A stretch of DNA of 64,000 nt from Clostridiales bacterium (GTDB taxonomy: Bacteria > Bacillota > Clostridia > Christensenellales > UBA1242): contig SVHI01000002.1 of the NCBI GenBank assembly GCA_015055905.1, forward strand, positions 11,869 to 75,868, given 5' to 3'. Shown here piece by piece: positions 27,666-36,978 of the stretch (the first letter of the stretch is position 1; the number at the start of each line of letters is the position of its first letter). Both the position numbers and the translations under genes were made by a program. The notes below the pieces were generated by a model. That model searched no databases. It worked only from the letters and a program-made list of their open reading frames with translations, and had not been told where the DNA came from.

Positions 27666-28410
27666 ATGTTCTTGCACAACCGTCAACTGACAAAATTTCG
27701 CCAGTAACATAAGATGCTTTTTCACTAGCAAGATATACAAACGCGTTTGCAACATCTTCTGGAGTGCCAATTCTACCAAGTGGAATTGTCTTTTTGATTC
27801 CTTCCCTCATTGGTTCTGGAAGATTTGCAACCATATCTGTATCGGTTACACCAGGTGCAACTGCGTTAACTCTAATTCCGTCAGCTGCAAGTTCTCTTGC
27901 AAGTGATTTTGTGAGACCATTAACAGCAAACTTGCTTGCTGGATATGCACAACCTGCTGCTTGACCATAAATTGAAACCATTGATGAAGTGTTAATAATC
28001 ACACCGCCACCATTCGCTTTCATAATAGGAGCAACAGCCTTGGTTGCATAGAACACTGCGTTAACATTAAGTTTAATAACATTATCAAAATCATCTGGGT
28101 TGTATTCATAAATACTTTCTCTTGCAGAAACACCCGCATTGTTAACCAAGATATCAATTTTTCCATATTTTTTTGCAACCGAATTGATTGCATTTTCAAC
28201 CTCTGCATAAGTTGTGAGGTTAGGATACATTCCTTCAACTTCATAACCTGCATTTTCTTTTTTTAGTTCTGCAACTGCTTTTTCCGCAGACTCTTTTCTA
28301 GAGCCAAACAAAACAACCTTTGCTCCCTCATTTAAATAAGCCTTAACAATAGCGTAACCAATACCTCTTGTTCCGCCAGTTACAACTGCCACTTTATTTT
28401 TTAATTCCAT
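27664..28410 (-). CDS. SDR-family oxidoreductase (FabG-like 3-oxoacyl reductase type)
   Basis: Start at the ATG at 28408-28410 (MELKNKVAVVTGGTRGIG), with GGGAGG upstream. Cofactor motif TGGTRGIG, NNAG, catalytic YPASK (YxxxK). Confidence 0.85.
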   Translation of the reverse strand: MELKNKVAVVTGGTRGIGYAIVKAYLNEGAKVVLFGSRKESAEKAVAELKKENAGYEVEGMYPNLTTYAEVENAINSVAKKYGKIDILVNNAGVSARESIYEYNPDDFDNVIKLNVNAVFYATKAVAPIMKANGGGVIINTSSMVSIYGQAAGCAYPASKFAVNGLTKSLARELAADGIRVNAVAPGVTDTDMVANLPEPMREGIKKTIPLGRIGTPEDVANAFVYLASEKASYVTGEILSVDGCART

Positions 28411-28503
28411 TTTATTCCTCCCTAAAATAACTATTGTCATTTTACAACTTATAGTATAGTTTTTTAAAAACAACTCGTCAAATAAGTTTTATTATTTCTA
28501 AAT

Positions 28504-28536
28504 AAAAAACCACCCTGTTTTTTAAGGTGGTTTAAT
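28504..28536 (-). terminator. intrinsic terminator after fbp
   Basis: The minus strand reads aaccacc-ttaaaaaacag-ggtggtt followed by TTTTT. Confidence 0.6.
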
Positions 28537-28538
28537 TT

Positions 28539-30371
28539 TTAATCGATATCCATTCTATAATAATTTTTGAGGTAAAGTTTCAAAACATCAATTTGGTCTT
28601 GTATCCATTTTCCATTGTCGGTGTCTTTAACTTTGACTCTCTTTTTATAAAGTTCAACGCAGGTAGTTTCTGATTTAAGGTCAAGTTTTCTTTTGATTGC
28701 CTCTCTGGTTTTGCAGAATGGGGCGTGTGTTGTAAGGTATAATCCGTGAGAGTTTGACATAAGGGTGTAGCCACCTATTCCTGTGCGTTTGTGATAGGCT
28801 TTTGAAAGACCACCATCAATGATAATATGCTTACCATTGCCACTAATTGGACTCTCGCCATCTTTAACCTTAACTGGCATATGCCCGTTGATTATGTGTC
28901 TATGAGGACCTTCAATTCCAAACTCCGCAAGAACTTTGTTGCAGAAAGATTCGTCTTTAATAAACTTGTAATAAGGGTTTTTGTTTTCTTTTAATTTCTT
29001 GTCACCAAAATAGCTTTCATAAGTGCGCATAACGTCTCTGCCAAAAAGCGGTGAATTTTTTCCACACCAAAGATACCAGATAAAATCAAGTGCATACTTC
29101 TCTTTATGTTGATAGGCAAGTCTCACAAGTTCGTCACACTTATCATAAAATGCTTTTCCGCTATATGTTTCGTCACCAATCTTAATTTCAGTAAAATTTC
29201 CTTTTTTATCGGTTGGAACACAGCCGTGCATAAGCAAGTTGTTGTTATAAACAAGATACATTCTTCCTTTTCTCATCAGGAACTTAATGTGTTCTTTTAA
29301 ACGCTTACTTTGCATAAATTCTTGTTTTAAAATATTAATGAGTGACATCTCTTCTTTTGTGAGTTCGTCGTTTTCCAAAAGAATTCGGTCGTCCATATCC
29401 CACTCTGGGTGGCGGCGAATTAAAAGATTTTCAACTTTAAACTGCAAAATGGTAATGGCTTTATACATCTTTGATAAAAGTTCATTGTCGTCAAAAGGGT
29501 TTGTATCGTTTTCAAAATCTTTAATTTCAAAACCCTCACAAGGGTCGTCTTTATAATTATTGATTGCAAAAGTTTCAAGCGCACGAAGATTGATTCCGTA
29601 ACCACTCTCTATGATTCCAAGATTTTTGTATCCGCAATTAATTCGAATAACGTTTGCGATGCACGCCATATTTCCAAGTGACGCACCTATCCACAAAACA
29701 TCGTGGTTGCCCCACTGAATATCAAGTGAGTGATAGGTTGTGAGCCTATCCATAATAAGGTCAGCACCTTTGCCTCTATCAAAAATATCACCAACAATAT
29801 GCAAGTGGTCAATAGCAAGACGTTGAATTGCTTGAGCAAGTGCAACAATAAAATTGTAACCCTCATTAAGTTCAACAATGCTTGAAAGAATATTTTCATA
29901 ATAACTTTCTTTGCTTGAGTCTTCTGACATATTGATAAGCTCGTCCATAATATAGACATAGTCTTTTGGAAGAGCTTTTCTAACTTTGCTTCGAGTGTAT
30001 TTGCTTGAAATTTCTTTTAAAACCTTAACCAAATTAAGAAGAGTTTTTTTATACCAAGAATCAATATCTTTCTCGGTTCTCATAATAATTTTCATACTCT
30101 CTTCTGGATAATAAATAAGAGTCAAGAGGTCTTGAATTTCATTTTGAGACATTTGGTTTTTGAACACATTTTCAATTTTTATTCTAATAACGCCAGACGC
30201 GTTTTTAAGAATATGAATAAATGTGTCAGCCTCGCCGTGAAGGTCACTCAAAAAATGCTCTGTTCCTTTTGGAAGATTTAATATTGCTTGCAAGTTAATA
30301 ATTTCTCCAATCGCTTCGTTTGGAGTCTTAAAAAACTTGTTCATTATACTATTATATTTTTCGATTTCCAT
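28539..30371 (-). CDS. fbp: fructose-1,6-bisphosphatase class 3 (Firmicute type)
   Basis: 610 aa. Metallophosphoesterase motifs LSDLHGE, HIVGDIFDRG and WGNHD. The length and layout match class 3 FBPase. Confidence 0.9.
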   Translation of the reverse strand: MEIEKYNSIMNKFFKTPNEAIGEIINLQAILNLPKGTEHFLSDLHGEADTFIHILKNASGVIRIKIENVFKNQMSQNEIQDLLTLIYYPEESMKIIMRTEKDIDSWYKKTLLNLVKVLKEISSKYTRSKVRKALPKDYVYIMDELINMSEDSSKESYYENILSSIVELNEGYNFIVALAQAIQRLAIDHLHIVGDIFDRGKGADLIMDRLTTYHSLDIQWGNHDVLWIGASLGNMACIANVIRINCGYKNLGIIESGYGINLRALETFAINNYKDDPCEGFEIKDFENDTNPFDDNELLSKMYKAITILQFKVENLLIRRHPEWDMDDRILLENDELTKEEMSLINILKQEFMQSKRLKEHIKFLMRKGRMYLVYNNNLLMHGCVPTDKKGNFTEIKIGDETYSGKAFYDKCDELVRLAYQHKEKYALDFIWYLWCGKNSPLFGRDVMRTYESYFGDKKLKENKNPYYKFIKDESFCNKVLAEFGIEGPHRHIINGHMPVKVKDGESPISGNGKHIIIDGGLSKAYHKRTGIGGYTLMSNSHGLYLTTHAPFCKTREAIKRKLDLKSETTCVELYKKRVKVKDTDNGKWIQDQIDVLKLYLKNYYRMDID

Positions 30372-30533
30372 AAATTCTCCTTTTATGTCTGGTTAAATAT
30401 TATATCAAAATCACGAAGTTTTGCAATAGCATAATATCGCTTGGTAATACCAAATTTTTATTAATATTATAATTTATATTTTCCAACAATGTCAGTTTTG
30501 TGATAAAATGAGTATGAAATACGGAGGTGGAAT

Positions 30534-31631
30534 ATGATTTTTGAGGATTTTATTTCTTATAAAACATTCTATTATTTTTTGAAAGATGACTCTTGCTTAG
30601 ATTTAGGTCTTTTTGAAGACGCCACTCAAGAATATAAAAGTTTCATTGACAATGGATATAAAACTGAAGATTTTTATAAAATTTATGAACCTATAAAAAC
30701 AGGCACAAAAGATATTGTTTTACTAAAAACTAAATATGGAACATTTGTTTTCCACCTATATTCTAATCACGAATATTCAAAAGAGTTTTTAGAGAAAAAC
30801 TCAAAAATTAAACCTTGCGCTTTGTTTGGAACACATAGGGTTAGTGAAACCCATCAAATTGGGGTTGCGGAAAAAGGCGAAATTAAAAGATATCTTTATT
30901 ACGGCGAAGACGAGCATATTTTGGAAGGCGAAAAACAAACCACTTATGAAAAGAAAAACAAACTCAAGTTTGAACTTGATGAAGAAGGTTTTTTCACTGA
31001 CTCTATCGACGAAGAAATTGTTTATGATTACGCCAGTGATTTTCTTGGATTTGACCGCAGCGAAGATGTTGAGATTTTAGATTTTAAATATTACAAATAT
31101 AAACCATTTGCTGAAGAGTCTGTTTTTAACACAAATATTGACGAATATGTTATCTACAGAATTCACGAAAACCTTGAAAGACAAAACCTTAATGAAATCA
31201 CATTCTATTTCACAAAATATTACGACGACGCTATGCTTGATTGCTCTTGTATCTTAAAAGAAGGTGAAGATGTTTATTGCATATTCTCAAAAAATATCAA
31301 AAATATAAAAAGTAAAAGTGAATTTAAAAAATTATTCTTCTCTTGTTTAAAAGTTTTAGAAACAGCAGACTTTAGAAAATATAAAAAACCATCACTTTCA
31401 TATTATTTCCACACACGAATGATGGAAGAATTCCCTTATAATATTTGTATGGGATTGATTGAAAATGAAGACCGTGGAAACATAACTCTTTCTTTAACAA
31501 ATGTGAATAAGGCTCAAATCTCACAAGATGAAATGACTCAAAATATGATTATTATCAAAGATTTCAAACCAAAGTATTATAAATATGTTCACAAATTTAT
31601 TTTAAAACAAATGAAAAAGTCTGCTATTTAG
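30534..31631 (+). CDS. hypothetical protein (365 aa)
   Basis: GGAGGTGG Shine-Dalgarno. Soluble, rich in Tyr/Phe/Lys/Glu. No motif recognised. Confidence 0.6.
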   Translation: MIFEDFISYKTFYYFLKDDSCLDLGLFEDATQEYKSFIDNGYKTEDFYKIYEPIKTGTKDIVLLKTKYGTFVFHLYSNHEYSKEFLEKNSKIKPCALFGTHRVSETHQIGVAEKGEIKRYLYYGEDEHILEGEKQTTYEKKNKLKFELDEEGFFTDSIDEEIVYDYASDFLGFDRSEDVEILDFKYYKYKPFAEESVFNTNIDEYVIYRIHENLERQNLNEITFYFTKYYDDAMLDCSCILKEGEDVYCIFSKNIKNIKSKSEFKKLFFSCLKVLETADFRKYKKPSLSYYFHTRMMEEFPYNICMGLIENEDRGNITLSLTNVNKAQISQDEMTQNMIIIKDFKPKYYKYVHKFILKQMKKSAI

Positions 31632-31640
31632 CAGACTTTT

Positions 31641-32753
31641 TTAATTCTTTAAAACAATAAGTGGGACTTCCATTTCTTCAGTAAGAGAAGTGTGATGTCC
31701 TTTAAATTTATGGCTTGATGGATTCAAGAGCATAGTTTTGTGTGTATAGGTTCCAATGGCAATATAATCACCCAAAAGATAACACTTGTCGCCTTTTCCA
31801 CCAAATAAACCTTTTTCTATAAGGTCGCTTGATTTATAGAGAATAAAATCTTCACTATATTTTGAATTAAAGACTTTTTCAAACTCTTGTTTTTTGTCTT
31901 CTTTAACTTTAAAACAAGCCGCCCTTGCTTCAAGATATGGATAGATTTCAAGCATATCCATAATTTTCTTGTCTTCATAGAGCGGAATCCAGCCCTCAAT
32001 ATCAACTTGACCGTGGTCGGCTGAAATGATGAAAATTGTGTCTTTGGTTTCTTTATATAAATTTTCAACCAGTTCTGCAATATCCTCTAAAACCGCCTGA
32101 GCCTCTGGACTGGTTACACCATAATCGTGCATTGTTGCATCTGGGTCTGGATAATATGCATAAACAAATTGTTTGCCATCTTTCTCGCAAACTTCTTTTA
32201 TGTAATCACCAAACTCATAGAGACCACTAAATGTGTAATTTCTTTCAGGGTGTTTAACCTTAACGTAAGGTGGCAATACTGTGTTGATTTCGTAGTTTGA
32301 TTTTGCTTTGTCAAAATAAAATTCGACTTCGTCAAGTGGTGAGTCTGTAATTTCAACAGGTTCACTTGTCCAAGAATCGGTGTTTAAAAAGATGTTTATG
32401 TTTCTATTCATTTTGTCAAAATTTAAACTCCAACCAAACCAACCGTGTTCACTTGGAAGTTTGTTTTGCAAAAGAGAGTTTGTGGCGTTGGTTGTTGTTG
32501 AAGGAAATGTTGATGTTAAAATATCTTTAACGTTTTTTGTTAAGATGTTGTCGTCAACAAAATTTTGTCTCATTGGGTGAACACCCATTCCATCAAAACA
32601 AATAAAGACAATGTTTTTGTAGCCTCTTTCTAATTCTTTTTTTAATGGCTCAATAACCGCATTTTTGTTTGGCGCACCAAGAAACTCGGCAAGGGTTGCA
32701 GAAATGTTTAAATTGCTATGTTCAAAATTTGGATAAATAAATTCTTTTTCCAT
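31641..32753 (-). CDS. alkaline-phosphatase-superfamily protein (type I phosphodiesterase/nucleotide pyrophosphatase-like)
   Basis: 370 aa. FICFDGMG (metal-ligand Asp), FPSTTT (nucleophile Thr region) and ISADHGQ are hallmarks of the AP superfamily. Confidence 0.6.
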   Translation of the reverse strand: MEKEFIYPNFEHSNLNISATLAEFLGAPNKNAVIEPLKKELERGYKNIVFICFDGMGVHPMRQNFVDDNILTKNVKDILTSTFPSTTTNATNSLLQNKLPSEHGWFGWSLNFDKMNRNINIFLNTDSWTSEPVEITDSPLDEVEFYFDKAKSNYEINTVLPPYVKVKHPERNYTFSGLYEFGDYIKEVCEKDGKQFVYAYYPDPDATMHDYGVTSPEAQAVLEDIAELVENLYKETKDTIFIISADHGQVDIEGWIPLYEDKKIMDMLEIYPYLEARAACFKVKEDKKQEFEKVFNSKYSEDFILYKSSDLIEKGLFGGKGDKCYLLGDYIAIGTYTHKTMLLNPSSHKFKGHHTSLTEEMEVPLIVLKN

Positions 32754-33019
32754 TTTCCACCTCGTAAATCTATTATAACATTTTAACCCAGCCTTGAAAA
32801 CAAAATTGACAAGTGATTTTTTAAAATAAAAAACGCAAAATTATAGTTGGTTTGTGTAAATTTTGTTTAATTTCACAAAATTTTACATTTTTGTTGTATT
32901 TCTTTACAAAATACCTGAGTCCATTCAAAACATATTCTTTGCTAAAATATTTGCTTTATGTTTTTAATTATTATAAAATGAATTAGCAAATAAAAATTAT
33001 TTAGCACAAGGAGAAATTT

Positions 33020-33925
33020 ATGGAACTTGTTATAATGGCTGCTGGAATGGGTAGCAGATTTGGCGGACTCAAACAACTTGAGCCTATTGATGATAACGGA
33101 AATTTTATTATTGACTATTCAATTTATGACGCAATTAGATGCGGTTTTGATAAGGTAGTTTTTATAATTAAAGAAGAACACTACGACGTGTTTAGAAACA
33201 CTGTTGGAAAGAGAGTTGAAGATAAAGTTGAAACAGTTTATGTTTTTCAAGACAATAAAACTGTTCCTGCTGGTTATAAAATTCCAGAGGAAAGAGTTAA
33301 ACCACTTGGAACTGGACACGCAATTCTTTGCACAAAAAATGAAGTTAACTCTTCATTTGCTGTTATCAACGCAGACGACTTTTATGGTTATGCAGCATTT
33401 AAAGACGCAGCAGAATTTTTGAAGAACAACACAAACGATGACCACTACGCACTTGTTGGTTATAAAGCAAACAATACATTCTGTAATGCAACCTCTGTAA
33501 AAAGAGGTGTGTGCTACACAGAAAATAATAACCTCACTGAAATTATTGAATCATCTATAAACAAAAATGAAGACGGCTCTATCACCGCAACACCAATAGA
33601 TGGGAAGCACGAAGGTAGTTTTGATATTGACCCAAGCACAACTGTTTCAATGAACTTGTTTGCATTTACCAAAAAATTTATGAGTTATCTCGACGATTAT
33701 TTTGTTGAGTTTTTAAATACAAACAAAGACTCACTTGGCAGCGCAGAATTTTTCTTACCAACAGTAGTAACAAACCTTATAAAAGAAAACAAAGTTCAAG
33801 TTGAAGTTTTAAACACTGATGCTGTTTGGTATGGAATGACTTATAAAGAAGATAAAGAAGTTGTTAAGGCTTCAATTAAAAAAGAAGTAGATGCAGGAAT
33901 TTATCCTAAATCACTTTGGGCTTAA
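33020..33925 (+). CDS. sugar-phosphate nucleotidyltransferase (GT-A like NTP-transferase fold)
   Basis: 301 aa. N-terminal MAAGMGSRFGGLKQLEP pyrophosphorylase loop and INADDFYG. Confidence 0.7.
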   Translation: MELVIMAAGMGSRFGGLKQLEPIDDNGNFIIDYSIYDAIRCGFDKVVFIIKEEHYDVFRNTVGKRVEDKVETVYVFQDNKTVPAGYKIPEERVKPLGTGHAILCTKNEVNSSFAVINADDFYGYAAFKDAAEFLKNNTNDDHYALVGYKANNTFCNATSVKRGVCYTENNNLTEIIESSINKNEDGSITATPIDGKHEGSFDIDPSTTVSMNLFAFTKKFMSYLDDYFVEFLNTNKDSLGSAEFFLPTVVTNLIKENKVQVEVLNTDAVWYGMTYKEDKEVVKASIKKEVDAGIYPKSLWA

Positions 33926-33954
33926 AAAAGAGAGAAATTTTCTCTCTTTTTTTT
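33926..33954 (+). terminator. intrinsic terminator
   Basis: aaaaagagagaa-att-ttctctc followed by TTTTTTTT, directly after the stop codon. Confidence 0.75.
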
Positions 33955-34016
33955 ATTCACAAATATTGTCTAATTCAATAAATGATGTTATACTTGAAAC
34001 ACAAGAGAGGTGTGCT

Positions 34017-35144
34017 ATGGAAAATCAACAACACTTTGAACACTTTGAATTACAATATACACCAAGCAGTGTGCTTAATGCGCTTTTTTCTGCAAACTAC
34101 ACATTGCTTAGAATTTTGAATGAACAAAAACCTTTTGGTTCACCAGAAGACAAGCAAATGGTGTTTGGCGCAGAGGATATTTGGGGAAAAGAACAAAAAA
34201 TGTATGACTATTGGCTTGATGGAAAGGTTGAGGCATACGCAGAACTAAGAAACAATCTTTTCAAAGAAAGCCGTGGACACATTCCATCACCACAAGACGC
34301 GGGTGCACTTTTTGCGCGTAATTCTCAAAAGTTTATTGCTGAATATAACAAAGTGTATGGCACGCAAAAAAAGTTTAGCGATGTTTTTGATAGAAGATAT
34401 ATTATTGATAGAACACTTGCAAATGACCTCGCTAGAAAAGGCGACCCAAACGCAAACCATAGCCAAGAGAAAATTAATCTCTTTGTAATGTATGATGAAC
34501 TATTAGGTTTCCTTACTGATTATTATGCTGTTGAGGCAGCGAGAGAAGTGGCTGAGGCTCTTGAAGATGACCTTACACCATACGGCTATCGCTCATTTTA
34601 TTACAACAAACCCAACAATCCTGATGTTATGAAATTTGACTGGAACACATTTGTTGAGATTTCACACTTTGTTGCTGACGCTTATGATAATTCTATTGCA
34701 GCACTCAAAGAAATGAACAAAGCAATGGACAATCTTGCTAAACGAATGGAAAAAACTCCAGGGCTCCCAGAATATCAACAAGAACAACAACAATTAATGC
34801 AAGACTATTCATTGATGTATACTGAGGCTTTTATTTCTGAACACTTGCTTGACTATCTCGATGAAATTGAACAAAGATTTGTTAATGCAAACAAAACTTA
34901 TGAAGGTTTTAGCACAAAAATTAGAGACAAAATTTTCAATTTCTTATCAAATCAAACAACTCAACCCCGTGCAAAAGAACTTGAACTTGATACTGTTTAT
35001 ATGCATAAGCACGAGCTTTGCGATATCTTTGATATGGTAAATGGACTCATTGGTGGCGACAAAATGTATAAAGATTTGATTGCTAAATTCCCACGCTGTG
35101 AAAGGAAAACTCCAGATTTGTTTGTGGAAAAAACTGAACAATAA
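34017..35144 (+). CDS. hypothetical protein (375 aa, looks largely helical)
   Basis: The ATG at 34017 (MENQQHFEHF) is preceded by AGAGAGG. The track start at 33891 would run through the terminator. No family recognised. Confidence 0.6.
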   Translation: MENQQHFEHFELQYTPSSVLNALFSANYTLLRILNEQKPFGSPEDKQMVFGAEDIWGKEQKMYDYWLDGKVEAYAELRNNLFKESRGHIPSPQDAGALFARNSQKFIAEYNKVYGTQKKFSDVFDRRYIIDRTLANDLARKGDPNANHSQEKINLFVMYDELLGFLTDYYAVEAAREVAEALEDDLTPYGYRSFYYNKPNNPDVMKFDWNTFVEISHFVADAYDNSIAALKEMNKAMDNLAKRMEKTPGLPEYQQEQQQLMQDYSLMYTEAFISEHLLDYLDEIEQRFVNANKTYEGFSTKIRDKIFNFLSNQTTQPRAKELELDTVYMHKHELCDIFDMVNGLIGGDKMYKDLIAKFPRCERKTPDLFVEKTEQ

Positions 35145-35172
35145 AAAAGGTTAGATTTTTATCTAACCTTTT
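35145..35172. terminator. bidirectional intrinsic terminator
   Basis: aaaaggttagat-tttt-atctaacctttt, between convergent genes. Confidence 0.7.
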
Positions 35173-36946
35173 ATTTTGTTTCAATAATAATTTCAACTTG
35201 ATTTTCGCCAAGATTGATTTCTTTTACTTTCTTACCTGTAATAAATGATTTAAAGTCTCCTTCAAATTTTATATTTAAGTTTGTTTTTTGAAGGTTTGTA
35301 AGAACAATAATTCTTTCGTTTTCACCAACTCTTTCAAAAATAAACTTTCCGTGTTTTGAATAAAGCACATTGAGTTCGCCGTCTTTTAGTGCTTTAAACT
35401 TTCTCACTTTTGTGAGTTTTTCAAACCATTTATAGATATCATTTTTATAGTTGTTCCAATCAAAGCAACCACGAGAACTTCCACAGTCGTTTTTCATACC
35501 ATACTCGTCGCCATAGAAAATTGAAGGAACACCAGGAAGAGTGAACACAAGAGCAGTTGCAACTTTGTAAAGTGCGGCTGCTTTTTCTTCATCGCCTTCT
35601 GTGTGATTGATAAGTTCACTGAAAACTCTGGTTGTGTCGTGAGTTGTTAAAAAGTTCATAAGATTATCACGAACAACTTTTGGATAGTCATTTTCAAGCA
35701 TACGAAGAGTTGATTCAAGATTAACAGGGTCGCCTGAACGAATATATTCAAGCACTGTTTCTTTGATTGGATAGTTCATAACAGAATTAAGTTCATTTTC
35801 TGCAAAATATTTTCTTCTTGTGTCATAACTTTCCTTAATCGCGGCATTTTCCCAAACTTCACCCATAACGACTTTATTTTTTCCATATTTATGAACTCGG
35901 TTTGCGATTTTCGCAACGAACCTATCAGTAATTTCATCAACAACGTCAAGACGCACACCCGCTACTCCAAGTTTCATAAACTTGTCGATAACTCCATTGT
36001 CGCCAGTGATGTAATCTTGGAAATCGTCACATTCGTGATTGATGCTAGGGAGTGTATCAATTCCCCACCAACTATAATATTTGTCAGGATATTCAATAAA
36101 GTTAAACCAGTTATAATATCTTGATTTTGGGCTCTTGTATGCTCCAAGCGTATCAAAATTTCCGTCTTTATTGAAATAAATTGAATCGCTGCCTGTGTGG
36201 TTATAAACCCCGTCAATCACAATTTGTATGCCTTGTTTTCCAGCCTCATCAATGAGTTGTTTAAACTCTTTTTCGGTGCCATACATATCGTCAACCTTCA
36301 TATAATCTGATGTGTTATATTTATGGTTGCTGTTTGCAAGTTGAATTGGATTGAGATAAATGGTTGTCACACCAAGGTTTTTAAGGTAATCAAGCTTTGA
36401 TATGATTCCTTTAAAGTTTCCACCAAACACCTCAAGGTTAACATAAATTGGGTCAGTTGTGTTTTTATGCAAACTTCCGCCCCAATCATCTCTCAATATG
36501 AGTGGTTTTCTGTTTTTAACCTCGCCCTCTTTGCAGAATCTATCAACAAAGATTTGATAAATGATTCCGCCTTGCAAACAATCGGTGCAGTCATATTCTT
36601 TTTCTGTTACAAGTTGAAGAAAGTCGTCGCCTTTGTAGTCTGCAACAAATGACCTTGTGTCAAACGACCTATTGAGATATAAACAATAACCGTCAAACAC
36701 GAACTGGAAGTTATACCAGAAATGTCCTGACTTATCAAAATCATATTCAAAGAGATAACCACCCTCAACTCTTTCCATTTGAAGATAACTATAGGTTGAA
36801 TCTTCATCTCTTTTAATCATAAAATAAGCAACGTTTGGTTCTTTTGTGTCGTTATACTCAACAAAGAACTTAACATTATTATTTTTTGAAATAACACCCT
36901 TTGGTAATTTAAAAAGCAAAGGGTCATACTTTGCTATTTGAAACAT
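35171..36946 (-). CDS. GH13 alpha-amylase-family glycosidase (neopullulanase/cyclomaltodextrinase-like)
   Basis: 591 aa. GH13 regions I DGVYNHTG, II GVRLDVVDE, III MGEVWE, IV FLTTHDT. Confidence 0.85.
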   Translation of the reverse strand: MFQIAKYDPLLFKLPKGVISKNNNVKFFVEYNDTKEPNVAYFMIKRDEDSTYSYLQMERVEGGYLFEYDFDKSGHFWYNFQFVFDGYCLYLNRSFDTRSFVADYKGDDFLQLVTEKEYDCTDCLQGGIIYQIFVDRFCKEGEVKNRKPLILRDDWGGSLHKNTTDPIYVNLEVFGGNFKGIISKLDYLKNLGVTTIYLNPIQLANSNHKYNTSDYMKVDDMYGTEKEFKQLIDEAGKQGIQIVIDGVYNHTGSDSIYFNKDGNFDTLGAYKSPKSRYYNWFNFIEYPDKYYSWWGIDTLPSINHECDDFQDYITGDNGVIDKFMKLGVAGVRLDVVDEITDRFVAKIANRVHKYGKNKVVMGEVWENAAIKESYDTRRKYFAENELNSVMNYPIKETVLEYIRSGDPVNLESTLRMLENDYPKVVRDNLMNFLTTHDTTRVFSELINHTEGDEEKAAALYKVATALVFTLPGVPSIFYGDEYGMKNDCGSSRGCFDWNNYKNDIYKWFEKLTKVRKFKALKDGELNVLYSKHGKFIFERVGENERIIVLTNLQKTNLNIKFEGDFKSFITGKKVKEINLGENQVEIIIETK

Positions 36947-36978
36947 AAACCAAGCCCCCTTTGCTTTATTTTTTTATA

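Noticed and set aside
27399-27700. The lone tRNA-Arg(CCU) as an integration site for a genomic island.
   Set aside because: No integrase or recombinase is present on either side, and I saw no direct repeat of the tRNA 3-prime end nearby. The flanking genes have the same composition and Shine-Dalgarno style as the rest of the window.
32856-32886. An imperfect inverted repeat, gtaaattttgt-ttaatttc-acaaaattttac, in the 266-bp region upstream of the nucleotidyltransferase gene. It is a possible operator.
   Set aside because: It is almost pure A/T, has one unpaired base, and lies in a very AT-rich spacer where such symmetry arises easily. No regulator gene is adjacent.
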